In this document: one piece after another, positions 1 through 11,338 of the stretch | Position numbering within the stretch: position 1 is the first letter of the stretch | How the letters are laid out: each line of letters opens with the position of its first letter | Assembly (NCBI GenBank): GCA_963729715.1 | Contig: CAVSPA010000007.1 | Location: forward strand, 320,001-384,000 | DNA length: 64,000 nt | Direction: 5' to 3' | Origin: an uncultured delta proteobacterium | GTDB lineage: Bacteria > Desulfobacterota > Syntrophia > Syntrophales > UBA2185 | Made by a program: the position numbers and the translations under genes | The notes under the pieces: generated by a model | The model's input: the letters and a program-made list of their open reading frames with translations, nothing else | Told to the model about the DNA's origin: nothing | Database searches by the model: none

Positions 1-852
1 TTTTCTATCCCGGCCGTCCTTGCAAATCTTGCCGCAGGTCATGTATCGATCAGATTCGGAGCCAAAGGCCCGATAAGTTGTCCCGCCACTGCCTGCTCTT
101 CCGGCACAAATGCTGTCGGGGACGCCATGAGGATCATCAGCGGCGGTTATGCGGATGTCATGATAGCCGGAGGCACTGATGCCGCGATTACACCTCTCGG
201 TGTGGGCGGCTTCAACGCCATGAGGGCCATATCTACAAGAAATGACGAGCCTGAGAAAGCGAGTCGTCCCTTTGATAAAGATAGGGATGGCTTTGTTATG
301 GGGGAAGGTTCCGGTATTTTGATCCTTGAGGAACTGACTAATGCCCTCAAGAGAGGCGCGAGGATATGCGCGGAAGTGGTGGGTTACGGCTCGACGAGTG
401 ATGCCTACCACATGGCGATACCTCCTCCGGGACATGAAGGTGCAGCGCGATGCATGTCCGCCGCCCTGAAAGACGCCCACATGAAACCGGCTGACATCGA
501 TTACATAAATGCCCATGGCACATCGACGCCTCCGAACGACCTCTATGAAACACAGGCCATTAAGAAGGTCTTTGGCAAACATGCCTCAAATCTTGCCGTC
601 AGTTCTACAAAATCCATGACCGGTCATCTCCTCGGAGCTGCAGGCGCGCTGGAAGCCATTATATCAGCGATGTCTATTTACAAAGGAATTATTCCACCGA
701 CTATCAATCTCGATAACCCGGACCCAGATTGTGATCTCGACTATGTTCCCCACAAGGCGCGGAAGAAAAATATCGCTACGGCCATGTCGAACACATTCGG
801 TTTCGGCGGAGTCAACGCTGTCCTGATATTCAGGAAATCAAATAAGCTTTGA
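1..852 (+). CDS. fabF: Beta-ketoacyl-ACP synthase II (5' truncated by window edge)
   Basis: Frame open from base 1 (..PATACSSG.. catalytic Cys); [21 protein letters not shown] and SNTFGFGG motifs. Confidence 0.96.
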   Translation, partial: FSIPAVLANLAAGHVSIRFGAKGPISCPATACSSGTNAVGDAMRIISGGYADVMIAGGTDAAITPLGVGGFNAMRAISTRNDEPEKASRPFDKDRDGFVMGEGSGILILEELTNALKRGARICAEVVGYGSTSDAYHMAIPPPGHEGAARCMSAALKDAHMKPADIDYINAHGTSTPPNDLYETQAIKKVFGKHASNLAVSSTKSMTGHLLGAAGALEAIISAMSIYKGIIPPTINLDNPDPDCDLDYVPHKARKKNIATAMSNTFGFGGVNAVLIFRKSNKL

Positions 853-856
853 TAAA

Positions 857-1309
857 ATGGACAAGATAATCATAGGCAGCGACCACGCGGGTTTTTCCTT
901 AAAAGAAATTGTCAAACAGTACGCTGCTGAAATGGGATACGCCGTGACGGACGCAGGCACGGACAGCGCGGCCAGTGTGGATTATCCGGATTTCGGCGCC
1001 GTAGTCGCCCAAAGGGTATCTGCCGGGGAGTTTGACCGGGGCATACTCGTGTGCGGTTCCGGTGTCGGCATGAGCATTGTCGCAAACAAATTCCCCGGCG
1101 TGAGAGCGGCCCTGTCCCTTGATGAAGAGACGGCCCGCATGAGCAGGCTGCACAATGATGCAAATATTCTCGTCCTTGCCGGGAGACGAACGGAAGAGGA
1201 AAGGGCAAAATTGATTGTCCGCTTGTGGCTGAACACCGAATTTGAGGGCGGCCGCCATCAGACGAGGCTCGATAAGATTGCGGCGCTTGGCGAGCAGCTT
1301 TACAAATGA
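857..1309 (+). CDS. rpiB: Ribose-5-phosphate isomerase B
   Basis: GSDHAG, DYPD, CGSGVG, HNDAN and FEGGRH motifs. Confidence 0.96.
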   Translation: MDKIIIGSDHAGFSLKEIVKQYAAEMGYAVTDAGTDSAASVDYPDFGAVVAQRVSAGEFDRGILVCGSGVGMSIVANKFPGVRAALSLDEETARMSRLHNDANILVLAGRRTEEERAKLIVRLWLNTEFEGGRHQTRLDKIAALGEQLYK

Positions 1310-1362
1310 AGATTAGTGGTTATATAAATCCATGGAGAACGGAGAGGCTGACAGGTAGCAAG

Positions 1363-1848
1363 ATGGCTAAGACCGGACGTTCAAAGCCGGAGGTCCCCCG
1401 ACGGAAAAAGCGCCGGCCGGAATGGAACGAATATTTCATGGACATCGCCGATCTCGTCTCGAAACGTTCTACATGTCTGAGACGGAGTGTCGGCGCTGTT
1501 ATCGTGAAAGATCGCAGGCTGCTTGCCACGGGCTACAATGGCGCGCCCTCCGGCCTTCACCACTGCCTGGATGTCGGCTGTCTGCGGGAACAACTCGGCG
1601 TTCCTTCCGGCGAGCGCCATGAACTCTGCCGCGGATTGCACGCAGAACAGAATGCCATCATTCAGGCCGCACTCCACGGAGTAAGTGTAAATGGTTCCTC
1701 GCTTTACTGCACCAATCATCCGTGTATAATATGCGCCAAGATGATTATCAACGCAGGTATAGTGACAGTGATCGTAAAGGCAGACTACAGGGATAAACTG
1801 GCGACGGATATATTAAAGGAAGCCGGTATAACGGTGACTCAGTTATGA
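1363..1848 (+). CDS. dCMP deaminase / ComEB-like Zn-dependent deaminase
   Basis: RP.W.EYFM, RSTC.RR.VGA, GYNG, HAEQNA and PC..C motifs; start at 1363 or 1306. Confidence 0.9.
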   Translation: MAKTGRSKPEVPRRKKRRPEWNEYFMDIADLVSKRSTCLRRSVGAVIVKDRRLLATGYNGAPSGLHHCLDVGCLREQLGVPSGERHELCRGLHAEQNAIIQAALHGVSVNGSSLYCTNHPCIICAKMIINAGIVTVIVKADYRDKLATDILKEAGITVTQL

Positions 1849-2315
1849 AGTGTCCCTTTTGCGCAAATGCAGAAAGCAAGGTTATTGACTCCCGGATCAG
1901 CAAGGACGGGGATGCGATAAGGAGAAGACGGGAATGCATCGCCTGCGGGAAACGTTTCACGACCTATGAATTCGTGGAGGAAGTCCTTCCGATGGTGGTC
2001 AAGAAAGATGGACGCAGGGAACCATTCGACAGCACAAAGATACGCTCCGGCATCAAGAGGGCCTGTGAAAAACGCCCCATAAGCACGGATGCAATCGAAG
2101 GCGTCGTGGATAGAATCGAGAGGCACTGTCAGGAATATCAGGATAAAGAGATCCCCTCATCCGCCATTGGCGAGCAGGTTATGAAGGAGCTTCAGAATCT
2201 GGACGACGTCGCCTATGTGAGGTTCGCATCGGTATACAGGGAGTTTCGTGACGTCAGTGATTTCATGGAAGGACTGAAGGATCTCCTCAATGTAAAAAAA
2301 GATGAACACAGATGA
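1845..2315 (+). CDS. nrdR: Transcriptional repressor NrdR
   Basis: MKCPFC..RRRREC..C..RFTTYE Zn ribbon, ATP cone, AYVRFASVY. Confidence 0.98.
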   Translation: MKCPFCANAESKVIDSRISKDGDAIRRRRECIACGKRFTTYEFVEEVLPMVVKKDGRREPFDSTKIRSGIKRACEKRPISTDAIEGVVDRIERHCQEYQDKEIPSSAIGEQVMKELQNLDDVAYVRFASVYREFRDVSDFMEGLKDLLNVKKDEHR

Positions 2316-2353
2316 CTGATCAAAAAAGTTGTCGGCGGGAAATTTGAACAACC

Positions 2354-2989
2354 ATGTTCACAGGGATCATAGAAGACTTAGGGACAGTCAACAGGATAAC
2401 GAGGAAGGGAGAAGACGCCCTTCTCATTATCGACACGTCCATGAACCTCGGTGACGTCAATATTGGCGACAGCATTTCCATAAGCGGCGCCTGTCTCACG
2501 GTAACGGAGAAAGGAAACAAGCGCTTCTCCGCGGACGTCTCCGCCGAAACCCTGGCCAGGACGAATCTTAAATCGCTAAAGTCAGGCGATAAGGTGAACC
2601 TGGAAAAATCGCTGCGGCTGAACAGCCTCCTCGGAGGACACCTGGTTCTCGGTCATGTGGACGGCATAGGGAAGATTCAGGAGAGAGCGAGTAAGTCTAA
2701 CTCCATCCAGTTCGGCGTGGAAATCGACGCCGAATTGGGCCACTACATCGTAGAAAAGGGGTCGGTCGCCGTCGACGGCATAAGTCTGACGGTAAATCGT
2801 TGTGAAAAGAACAGATTTTATGTTAATATGATTCCGCATACGGCCCGGAACACGACTTTAGGATTTAAAAAAGCAGCCGACCTAGTTAATATTGAAACGG
2901 ATATAATCGGAAAATATGTGGAGAAATTTGTCAATCCCGGCAAAGGGATTGACATGAATTTCCTTGCGGAGCACGGATTCTTGAAATGA
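2354..2989 (+). CDS. ribE: Riboflavin synthase (alpha chain)
   Basis: MFTGIIE N-terminus, GGHLVLGHVDG, KGSVAVDGISLTVN. Confidence 0.97.
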   Translation: MFTGIIEDLGTVNRITRKGEDALLIIDTSMNLGDVNIGDSISISGACLTVTEKGNKRFSADVSAETLARTNLKSLKSGDKVNLEKSLRLNSLLGGHLVLGHVDGIGKIQERASKSNSIQFGVEIDAELGHYIVEKGSVAVDGISLTVNRCEKNRFYVNMIPHTARNTTLGFKKAADLVNIETDIIGKYVEKFVNPGKGIDMNFLAEHGFLK

Positions 2990-3077
2990 ATCTCCTCCCT
3001 TTCCCTTTTGCACAAGGACACGGGGAAATTCGATAGAGCGCTCAAGCATTGAGAACTAAAATATTGAAGGTGAAAAG

Positions 3078-4280
3078 ATGGGTATAAGCACAATAAAAGA
3101 GGCTATTGTAGATATCAAGAGCGGCAGAATGGTCATCCTAGTTGATGATGAAGACAGAGAAAACGAAGGCGACCTCTGCATGGCGGCGGAATTTGTTACG
3201 CCTGAGGCCATTAACTTCATGGCAAAATATGGGAGAGGGCTTGTATGCCTGTCCCTGAATGACGATCTTGCCGATAAACTGAACCTCCACCCCATGGTGG
3301 TGGATAACAAATCCTGCTTCGGCACCGCCTTTACTGTATCTATAGAAGCGAAGCGCGGCGTGACAACCGGAATTTCCGCGGCAGACAGGGCGACGACAAT
3401 AAAAACCGCCGTAGCAGATGACGTTACACCTGACGACGTCGTCAGCCCGGGGCATATCTTCCCCATACGCGCAAAAAAAGGCGGCGTGCTGGTGAGAACG
3501 GGCCAGACCGAAGGTTCCGTAGATCTCGCGCGGTTGGCCGGGTTGAAGCCCGCGGGTGTGATATGTGAAATCATGAAGGACGATGGCACCATGGCCAGAA
3601 TGCCTGACCTGGAAATCTTCGCCAAGGGACATGATCTCAAGATAGTGACCATCTCCGATCTAATCCAGTACAGGATGCAGCACGAATCCCTGATCAGGAG
3701 GGCAGCGGCGGCGATGATTCCTACAGTCTTCGGCGGTCAGTTCAAGATTGTCGTGTACGAAAATGACGTGGACGATATGAAACATGTGGCTCTCGTGAAG
3801 GGAGATATTGGGCCGGACGACGAGGTTCTGGTGCGGGTTCATTCGGAGTGCCTTACCGGCGATGTCTTCGGGTCGGAAAGGTGCGACTGCGGCCACCAAC
3901 TCCATAGGGCAATGGAAATGGTGGATGAGGCGGGAAAGGGTATTATTGTGTATATGCATCAGGAAGGCAGAGGCATCGGCCTCGTCAATAAAATCAGGGC
4001 CTACGAATTGCAGGAGCACGGGAAAGACACTGTCGAAGCCAATATCTCGCTCGGTTTCAAGGCGGATTTGCGGGATTACGGTATTGGCGCCCAGATACTT
4101 GCAGATCTCGGTGTGAAGAAGATGAAACTGATGACCAACAATCCCAAGAAGATTGTGGGCCTCGAAGGGTATGGTTTAACCGTTACCGACCGCATCCCCA
4201 TCGAAATAAAACCTAATGAGAGCAACATCAAATATCTGAAGACAAAAAAGAAAAAGATGGGCCATTTGTTGGAGATATAG
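3078..4280 (+). CDS. ribBA: Bifunctional DHBP synthase / GTP cyclohydrolase II
   Basis: [41 protein letters not shown]. Confidence 0.98.
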   Translation: MGISTIKEAIVDIKSGRMVILVDDEDRENEGDLCMAAEFVTPEAINFMAKYGRGLVCLSLNDDLADKLNLHPMVVDNKSCFGTAFTVSIEAKRGVTTGISAADRATTIKTAVADDVTPDDVVSPGHIFPIRAKKGGVLVRTGQTEGSVDLARLAGLKPAGVICEIMKDDGTMARMPDLEIFAKGHDLKIVTISDLIQYRMQHESLIRRAAAAMIPTVFGGQFKIVVYENDVDDMKHVALVKGDIGPDDEVLVRVHSECLTGDVFGSERCDCGHQLHRAMEMVDEAGKGIIVYMHQEGRGIGLVNKIRAYELQEHGKDTVEANISLGFKADLRDYGIGAQILADLGVKKMKLMTNNPKKIVGLEGYGLTVTDRIPIEIKPNESNIKYLKTKKKKMGHLLEI

Positions 4281-4351
4281 TTTCTTTTTATCATAATACG
4301 CGGACATGAACTGAAGGTTAGGTTCCAGGATTACAAAATGGAGAGGAGAAT

Positions 4352-4816
4352 ATGCCAAGAATCATAGAAGGAAAGCTTGTAGCCAAGGGGATGAAGTTTG
4401 GCATTGTCGCCAGTCGATTCAACGATTTTATCTGTGGAAGGCTCATTGATGGCGCTGTTGATGCACTCACCAGGGCAGGTGCGGATGAGAAGGACATTAT
4501 CATTTATAAGGTCCCCGGTGCATTTGAATTGCCCGCTATGGCCAAGAAGCTCGCAAAGGCTGCGAAATTCGATGCCGTGATTTGTCTTGGCGCAGTGATC
4601 AGAGGGGCGACACCGCATTTTGAATACATCAGCGCCGAGGTCACAAAAGGGATAGCGAGTGTCGGTCTGGAGACGGAGATGCCTGTAGCCTTCGGCGTAT
4701 TGACGACGGACACCATTGAACAGGCAATTGAACGGGCGGGCGCCAAAGCCGGGAATAAAGGCTGGGACGCCGCCATGTCCGCCATCGAAATGGTGGACCT
4801 CTTCAGAAAATTATAG
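4352..4816 (+). CDS. ribH: 6,7-dimethyl-8-ribityllumazine synthase
   Basis: [29 protein letters not shown] motifs. Confidence 0.98.
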   Translation: MPRIIEGKLVAKGMKFGIVASRFNDFICGRLIDGAVDALTRAGADEKDIIIYKVPGAFELPAMAKKLAKAAKFDAVICLGAVIRGATPHFEYISAEVTKGIASVGLETEMPVAFGVLTTDTIEQAIERAGAKAGNKGWDAAMSAIEMVDLFRKL

Positions 4817-4843
4817 CCTGGGACCTTCTGAAACTTCATCTAA

Positions 4844-4916
4844 TGTCATTTCGGGAAAGAGTGCGCGAAGATTGCCCCCGCAAAGGCGGGGAGCAGTCGC
4901 GCTGACCGAAATGACA
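4844..4916. repeat. Long imperfect palindrome (REP/MITE-like) between ribH and nusB
   Basis: TGTCATTTCGG...CCGAAATGACA terminal inverted repeat enclosing nested GCGCGA/TCGCGC and CCCCGC-aaag-GCGGGG stems. Confidence 0.75.
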
Positions 4917-5010
4917 GGGCAACATTTCTTTCAAGACCGCTATGTTTCTTTTTTTATTATCTGCAGACCCGTCATGAGCGGCGTCTGATGCACCATATTT
5001 AGAGGAATTA

Positions 5011-5466
5011 ATGCATCAACGGAGAAAGGCAAGAGAGATTGCCTTACAAGTTCTTTACGAGTTGGATGTTTTAGATATCGATGCCACCGAGGCTATTGCG
5101 ATCTTCTGGAACTATTTCGGCGCGCCGGAAGAGTCCAGAAAATTTTCTACGCTCTTGATAGAAGGCACTTGCGGTAAGAAAGAGGAGATAGACAGTCTCA
5201 TAAGCAGTTCTTCCGATAACTGGTCCCTTGCACGGATGTCGAGGGTCGACAGGAATATCCTCCGCATGGCCGTCTACGAGCTCTTATACTGTCCGGACAT
5301 ACCCCCCAAAGTCACGCTGAACGAAGCTATAGATTTAGGCAAGTTGTACGGCTCTGAAAATTCCGGCTCTTTCATAAACGGTATTCTCGATGCCGTATAC
5401 CTGAAATTGTACAAAGATGAAGCAGATCAGAATATAAACGGACTCACCGGAAGTTCTAATTCATGA
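5011..5466 (+). CDS. nusB: Transcription antitermination factor NusB
   Basis: RRKARE.ALQ.LY, W...RM..VDR.ILR, NEAI.L.K.YG, FING.LD. Confidence 0.97.
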   Translation: MHQRRKAREIALQVLYELDVLDIDATEAIAIFWNYFGAPEESRKFSTLLIEGTCGKKEEIDSLISSSSDNWSLARMSRVDRNILRMAVYELLYCPDIPPKVTLNEAIDLGKLYGSENSGSFINGILDAVYLKLYKDEADQNINGLTGSSNS

Positions 5467-5541
5467 TGATATTATCCCTAAGTCTTGACAATAGGCGTTG
5501 AAGAAAGGGCGTCCCTGAGCATTTTGGAGGCTGGATGATTT

Positions 5542-8124
5542 ATGGAGAATAAGTACAAACCCCGGGAACTTGAAAAAAAATGGCAAAGGATCTGGGCAGA
5601 CGGCTGTATTTTCAAGGTCACAGAGGATCCTGATAAGAAGAAATACTACCTCCTGGAGATGTTTCCGTATCCGTCCGGGAAAATTCATATGGGCCATGTG
5701 AGGAACTACACTATCGGTGATGTAGTGGCGCGCTACAAGCGAATGAACGGATACAACGTCCTGCATCCCATGGGCTGGGATTCCTTCGGCATGCCTGCGG
5801 AAAACGCAGCCATAGACCATAAGATTCACCCGGCGACATGGACGAATGAAAACATCGCCTATATGAGAAAACAGCTCAAGGAGATGGGTTTCAGCTATGA
5901 CTGGGACAGGGAGCTTTCCACGTGTGAGCCGGAATATTACCGCTGGGAGCAACTGTTTTTTCTCTGGATGTACGAAAAAGGGCTGGCCTACAAAAAAAGT
6001 TCCATCGTGAACTGGTGCCGTGATTGTAAAACTGTTCTGGCAAATGAACAGGTGGAGTCCGGTCTCTGCTGGAGATGCTCCAAAGATGTCGAGGAGAAAT
6101 ACCTCGACCAGTGGTTTTTCCGCATCACCGATTACGTTGACGAGCTCCTAGAATATTGTGACAAGCTTCCCGGATGGCCTGAACGGGTCATCACTATGCA
6201 GAAGAACTGGATAGGCAAAAGTTTTGGATGCGAGATACACTTCCCTATGGCGGAAGGAAATGATGTAATCAAGGTCTTTACGACAAGGCAGGACACCGTA
6301 TACGGCGCCACATTCATGCTCGTCGCCGCCGAACTCCCCCGCGTCATGGAGCTGGCCAAGGGGAAGCCTGTTGAGAAAGAAGTCAGGGAATTCGTTGACA
6401 AGGTCAAAAAACAAGACAAGTTGATGAGGACTTCGGAATACTACGATAAGGAAGGCATATTCCTGGATGCCTACTGTCTTAATCCCGTGACTAAGAAGAG
6501 GATGCCCATCTTCGCCGCAAACTTCGTTGTTGCGGAGTACGGAACAGGCTGTGTCATGGCGGTTCCCACCCATGACCAGCGTGACTTTGAATTCGCAAAA
6601 AAGTATAATCTGCCCCTCATCGTGGTCATACAGCCGCCCAACAAGTCCCTCAATGTCCACACCATGACGGAGGCCTACGTGGAAGAAGGCATGCTCATCA
6701 ATTCGGGACAATTCAACGGCATGGAAAATATGAAGGCCTTAGATGCAATCGCGGAATATCTCGGATCCCTAGGGCGGGGCAAGAAGACCATACAGTACCG
6801 CTTGAGGGACTGGGGCATTTCCCGTCAGCGCTACTGGGGGGCTCCCATTCCCATCATCTACTGCGATAAGTGCGGCACGGTGCCGGTACCGGAAAATGAT
6901 CTCCCAGTGGTCTTGCCCAGAGAAGTGGAATTAACGGGAGAAGGCGGGTCGCCGCTCGGGAAGTACAAGGCCTTCGCGGAAACGCAATGCCCCAAGTGCG
7001 GCAATGCAGCGAAACGGGAAACTGATACTATGGACACGTTCGTAGAATCGTCCTGGTATTTTGACCGTTTCTGCTCGCCACAGTGCGCGGAGAAACCCGG
7101 CCTTGATCGTAAAAAGGTCGGCTACTGGATGCCAGTCGATCAGTATATCGGCGGGATTGAGCACGCCATCCTCCATCTTCTCTATTCAAGGTTCTATACA
7201 AAGATGCTGAGAGACTTCGGCGTTATTGACTTCGATGAGCCCTTCATTAATCTCCTGACCCAGGGCATGGTCTGCAAGGAAACGGCGCACTGCAAGGAGC
7301 ACGGCTATCTGTTCCCCGAAGAGGTGAAGGACGACAAATGTAAACACTGCGAGGCTGCAGTCATAATCGGCAAATCGGAAAAGATGTCCAAATCCTTGAA
7401 GAACGTCGTAGACCCCGATTACCTGATCAAGCAATACGGCGCCGATACGGCAAGGATGTTCTGCCTTTTTGCTGCGCCCCCGGAGAAGGACCTCGAGTGG
7501 AGTGACCAAGGTGTTGAAGGGTCGTTCCGTTTTCTCAACAGGGCATGGCGGATTGTCATGGACTACCGCGATGACATCGAAGCGGTTAAGTCCGCAGGCG
7601 GAGGCGAGACAATCGAAGGCGAACTGAAGAACCTGCGGCGAAAAACCCACCAGACAATCAGGAAAGTGACACGTGATATCGAGGACCGCTTTCATTTTAA
7701 TACGGCTATAAGCGCCGTCATGGAACTCGTCAATGCCCTCTATCTGATCGAGAGGCCGGCAAAGGAAGATAATATCGCCCTCTCTGTCATCAGAGAAACC
7801 ATCGAGACGGTAATAATATTGTTGGCGCCCATCGTTCCTCACATAACCGCGGAACTCTGGAAGGCATTGGGCTATGAAGGCAGTCTGGCCGACGTTCCCT
7901 GGCCTGTATATGATCACGCGGTTGCCGCAGACGAGGAGATAACCATAGTCATTCAGGTAAACGGCAAGGTAAGGAGCAGGATGCTTGTCCCCGTAGATGA
8001 GGACGGCGAGAAGATCAAGGCCCTTGCTCTCAATGATGATAAGATTGTCAGTTTAATCTCTGGCAAGAAGGTAGTGAGAGAAATATATGTCCCCAGAAAG
8101 CTCGTCAATATTGTCATTCAATAA
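5542..8124 (+). CDS. leuS: Leucine--tRNA ligase
   Basis: MFPYPSG.IHMGH (HIGH-like), [16 protein letters not shown]. Confidence 0.99.
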   Translation: MENKYKPRELEKKWQRIWADGCIFKVTEDPDKKKYYLLEMFPYPSGKIHMGHVRNYTIGDVVARYKRMNGYNVLHPMGWDSFGMPAENAAIDHKIHPATWTNENIAYMRKQLKEMGFSYDWDRELSTCEPEYYRWEQLFFLWMYEKGLAYKKSSIVNWCRDCKTVLANEQVESGLCWRCSKDVEEKYLDQWFFRITDYVDELLEYCDKLPGWPERVITMQKNWIGKSFGCEIHFPMAEGNDVIKVFTTRQDTVYGATFMLVAAELPRVMELAKGKPVEKEVREFVDKVKKQDKLMRTSEYYDKEGIFLDAYCLNPVTKKRMPIFAANFVVAEYGTGCVMAVPTHDQRDFEFAKKYNLPLIVVIQPPNKSLNVHTMTEAYVEEGMLINSGQFNGMENMKALDAIAEYLGSLGRGKKTIQYRLRDWGISRQRYWGAPIPIIYCDKCGTVPVPENDLPVVLPREVELTGEGGSPLGKYKAFAETQCPKCGNAAKRETDTMDTFVESSWYFDRFCSPQCAEKPGLDRKKVGYWMPVDQYIGGIEHAILHLLYSRFYTKMLRDFGVIDFDEPFINLLTQGMVCKETAHCKEHGYLFPEEVKDDKCKHCEAAVIIGKSEKMSKSLKNVVDPDYLIKQYGADTARMFCLFAAPPEKDLEWSDQGVEGSFRFLNRAWRIVMDYRDDIEAVKSAGGGETIEGELKNLRRKTHQTIRKVTRDIEDRFHFNTAISAVMELVNALYLIERPAKEDNIALSVIRETIETVIILLAPIVPHITAELWKALGYEGSLADVPWPVYDHAVAADEEITIVIQVNGKVRSRMLVPVDEDGEKIKALALNDDKIVSLISGKKVVREIYVPRKLVNIVIQ

Positions 8125-8182
8125 GAAACGAATCGAAATAATTTGCCGCGCAGACCGTCCGTCGCTTTGTCTCCGCGGAACG

Positions 8183-8683
8183 ATGGTCGTCGCTTTTCTT
8201 CTGTCAGTCTTTCTCCTCGCAGGCTGCGGCTACCGCTTCAGCCCCGGCGGAGAATATATCGACAAGAAGATCAAGACGGTATTCATCGACAACTTTGTCA
8301 ATAAGACAAGTGAAGCCAATGTTGAAAATACTATCAGGAATTCCTTTATCGATCAATTTATCATAGGGGGCAGGTTCGCGTTGATCGACCGGCGTGAAAA
8401 TGCGGATGCAATCTTCAAGGGTAGTGTGAACAGCATCGTGACCTCCCCTCTCTCTTACCAGAGGACAGGCCTGGCGTCAGGAGAACGCCTGTCAGTAGTA
8501 ATGGAACTCATCTTTGAACAGGACAACCATAAGCTTATCTGGAATGACAAGAATTTTACGGCAATCCAGGACTACACCTTCACCGATCTGAATACCAGAG
8601 ATACAAACCGGAGCAATGCCCTCGTCAAGCTGTCAAATGATGCGGCCGAGAAAGCATACCGGTTAATGATGTCAGGCTTTTGA
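8183..8683 (+). CDS. lptE: LPS assembly lipoprotein LptE family
   Basis: Lipobox LAGC-GY, conserved position after leuS; start uncertain (frame open from 8087). Confidence 0.8.
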   Translation: MVVAFLLSVFLLAGCGYRFSPGGEYIDKKIKTVFIDNFVNKTSEANVENTIRNSFIDQFIIGGRFALIDRRENADAIFKGSVNSIVTSPLSYQRTGLASGERLSVVMELIFEQDNHKLIWNDKNFTAIQDYTFTDLNTRDTNRSNALVKLSNDAAEKAYRLMMSGF

Positions 8684-8716
8684 TAGGGATTGTTCTGAAA
8701 AAAGAATGTAGGGAAA

Positions 8717-8983
8717 TTACCCCTGAAGGGCGTTCACCTTCCTTGTTAACCTTGAAATCTTTCGTGAAGCCGTCTTTTTATGAAATACGCCCTTGGAAGC
8801 TGCCTTGGCGATAGCAGGTATCGCAGCGGCAAGGACAGTTTCCGAGCCCTTCTTGTCTTTCGTTTCAGCGGCTGATAGTACATGTTTTACGTGTGTCTTT
8901 ATACTGGATTTTACCGATGTGTTTCTCACGCGTCTCTTTTCGTTCTGCCTGCTCCTCTTTTCCGCGGATTTATGTGTGGCCAA
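8717..8983 (-). CDS. rpsT: 30S ribosomal protein S20
   Basis: HKSAEKR.RQ..KRR.RN, KGVFHKKTASRK.SRL; TTG start after GGAGG. Confidence 0.97.
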   Translation of the reverse strand: MATHKSAEKRSRQNEKRRVRNTSVKSSIKTHVKHVLSAAETKDKKGSETVLAAAIPAIAKAASKGVFHKKTASRKISRLTRKVNALQG

Positions 8984-9205
8984 AAACTCTCCTCCTTCGA
9001 TTGTTGATAATCTTACTGTATGACAGAATTTTTAGCTGAAATCCCCGCGCCTGTCAAGTCTAAAGTGGTCATGAACACCTTTCTTGTTTCTAATATAGTT
9101 GACTTTTTCCTCGCACCGCCCATAAGATAGCAGGCGAATGATTCTCTTTTTGCAGTGCTGAAAGCATAGTGGTGGTCATACGAAGACTTACAAGAGGAGG
9201 GCCCC

Positions 9206-11338
9206 ATGGAAACCGAAGTGACAAAAATTCTATCCGAGGTAAAGCGGCAGGGGCGGGCTGTACTTACGGAGGTAGAGAGTAAGGAAGTGCTCACGGCTTG
9301 CGGCATCCCGGTCAGAACGGGTCAGGTGGCGACAGATCCGGAATCGGCGGCCGACATATCCGATAAGTTGGGATACCCTGTCGTGATGAAGATAGTATCT
9401 CCTGATATCCCGCACAAGTCTGACGTCGGGGGCGTGCGGGTAAATATTGGTTCAGCGGCGGCCGTTCATTCTGCATTCACCGACATCGTCACAAAAGCGA
9501 GACTGGAAAAGCCGAAAGCGGACATCCAGGGAGTGCTGATCTACCAGATGGTGCCGGAAGGAGTAGAACTGGTCATCGGAGCCACCTTCAGCCGCCAGTT
9601 TGGTCATGCCGTGATGTTCGGCCTGGGAGGCATTTTTGTTGAGGCTGCGATGGATGTAGTCTTCAGACTGGTACCCCTGAAGCGGGAAGATTCCCTCGAT
9701 ATGATTCAGGAGATCAGAGGCAGAAAAATCCTTGGCAATTTCCGCGGGAAACCGGCGGTAAATATTAATGCCGTAGCCGACATCATCGAGAAGCTCTCGG
9801 CGCTTGTGGCCGACCATCCAGAGATCATTGAGGTTGATCTAAACCCTGTCATCGCATCGGCAGCAGGAGCAATCGTCATTGATGCCCGCATGGCCCTTGG
9901 CGAACCGAATAAAATTGCCGATACGATATACTCTTCGGAAGAAATCGTTACCAGCATGAAAAGGATATTTTCGCCGGTGGGAATCGCCATCATCGGAGCT
10001 TCCGGCGATTCTTCCAAACTCGGATACTCCACAGTGAAGAATATCATTGATGGCGGCTACAAGGGAAAAATTTATCCCATAAATCCGAAAGTAGATCAGA
10101 TACTGGGGCTGAAATGCTACAAGAACGTACGGGAGATTCCCGGCAAGGTTGATGTCGCTGTGATTGTGATACCGGCGAAGAATGTTGCCGATGCGGTCAT
10201 AGCGCTCGGAGAAAAGGGGGCGGCCGGCGCCATCGTGATCTCCTCGGGGTTTGCCGAGATCGGCAATAACGACCTCCAGAAGGAGCTCGTTGAGACAGCC
10301 ATGAAGAGCGGGGTTCGCATACTCGGGCCAAATATTTTCGGGATATACTACACTCCGTCTGATCTCTGCGCGACTTTCTGCACACCCTACACGGAGAAAG
10401 GGCCAACGGCCCTATCCTGTCAGAGCGGCGGTGTGGGCATGGCCATCATCGGCTACAGCCGCTCTAACAGGATGGGTGTCTCGGCCATTGTCGGTGTGGG
10501 AAACAAGTGCGACGTCGATGAGGATGATCTGATCGAGTTCTTCGGCCAGGACCAGAACACGAAGGTGATCGCCATGCATGTGGAAGACATAAAGGACGGT
10601 GTCGCTTTTGTAAGGGCAGCCGTAAAGATAAGCCGGCAGAAGCCCATCATCGCACTCAAGGCCGGAGCCACTTCGTTAGGAGAAAGGGCGGCCTTCTCCC
10701 ACACGGGGGCTCTGGCGGGAGACGACAGGATCTACAGCGCTGCCTTCGCGAAAGCGGGGATAGTCAGGGTTTCCAATCTCGAAGACCTTCTGGATTGTGC
10801 CAGGAGCCTGGGAAAAATGCCGGCCCCAAAAGGGGAAAACGTCTTGATCGTTACGGGCGCCGGAGGTTTGGGCGTCCTTCTAGCAGATGCGTGCAGCAAG
10901 CATCAGCTTCAGCTCATGCACTTGGAAAAAGACCTGGATCAGGCCTTCAAAAAATTCATTCCGCCCTTCGGCGCCACAGGAAACCCCGTGGATATCACGG
11001 GAGGCGAGCCGCCGGCAACGTATGAAGCCACGATCCGGCTCGCCCTTGAAGACGACCGCATCGATGCCCTGATCCTCGGCTACTGGCATACACTGATTAC
11101 CCCGCCCCTGGTCTTTGCCGAAACCGTCATAAGGGCGAAGAAGGCAGCCGAGTCAATGAAAGTGCCGAAACCGATTGTCGCAGCCCTGTCGGGTGATGTC
11201 GAGGTGGAGCGTGCGGCCTCCCTTCTGGAAGCACACGGCATTCCTGCCTTTGCCTATTCGTCGGAAAAAGCCGTCGTGGTGCTCGGCGCCCTCTACCGAT
11301 GGGCGAGGATGGCGGGCAGGATCAAGCCCCGTTTGTAG
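9206..11338 (+). CDS. ADP-forming acyl-CoA synthetase (acetate--CoA ligase family), beta-alpha domain order
   Basis: N-terminal ATP-grasp (HKSDVGGV, DLNP), then CoA-binding IIGAS, SQSG-like CQSGG, phospho-His SHTGALAG, NPVDITG. Confidence 0.9.
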   Translation: METEVTKILSEVKRQGRAVLTEVESKEVLTACGIPVRTGQVATDPESAADISDKLGYPVVMKIVSPDIPHKSDVGGVRVNIGSAAAVHSAFTDIVTKARLEKPKADIQGVLIYQMVPEGVELVIGATFSRQFGHAVMFGLGGIFVEAAMDVVFRLVPLKREDSLDMIQEIRGRKILGNFRGKPAVNINAVADIIEKLSALVADHPEIIEVDLNPVIASAAGAIVIDARMALGEPNKIADTIYSSEEIVTSMKRIFSPVGIAIIGASGDSSKLGYSTVKNIIDGGYKGKIYPINPKVDQILGLKCYKNVREIPGKVDVAVIVIPAKNVADAVIALGEKGAAGAIVISSGFAEIGNNDLQKELVETAMKSGVRILGPNIFGIYYTPSDLCATFCTPYTEKGPTALSCQSGGVGMAIIGYSRSNRMGVSAIVGVGNKCDVDEDDLIEFFGQDQNTKVIAMHVEDIKDGVAFVRAAVKISRQKPIIALKAGATSLGERAAFSHTGALAGDDRIYSAAFAKAGIVRVSNLEDLLDCARSLGKMPAPKGENVLIVTGAGGLGVLLADACSKHQLQLMHLEKDLDQAFKKFIPPFGATGNPVDITGGEPPATYEATIRLALEDDRIDALILGYWHTLITPPLVFAETVIRAKKAAESMKVPKPIVAALSGDVEVERAASLLEAHGIPAFAYSSEKAVVVLGALYRWARMAGRIKPRL

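Noticed and set aside
2990..3077. FMN riboswitch at the rib genes
   Set aside because: Intergenic gaps are too short and lack the RFN consensus
8115..8183. Possible lost ATGA overlap start for lptE at the leuS stop
   Set aside because: Speculative; the ATG at 8183 gives an adequate lipoprotein signal
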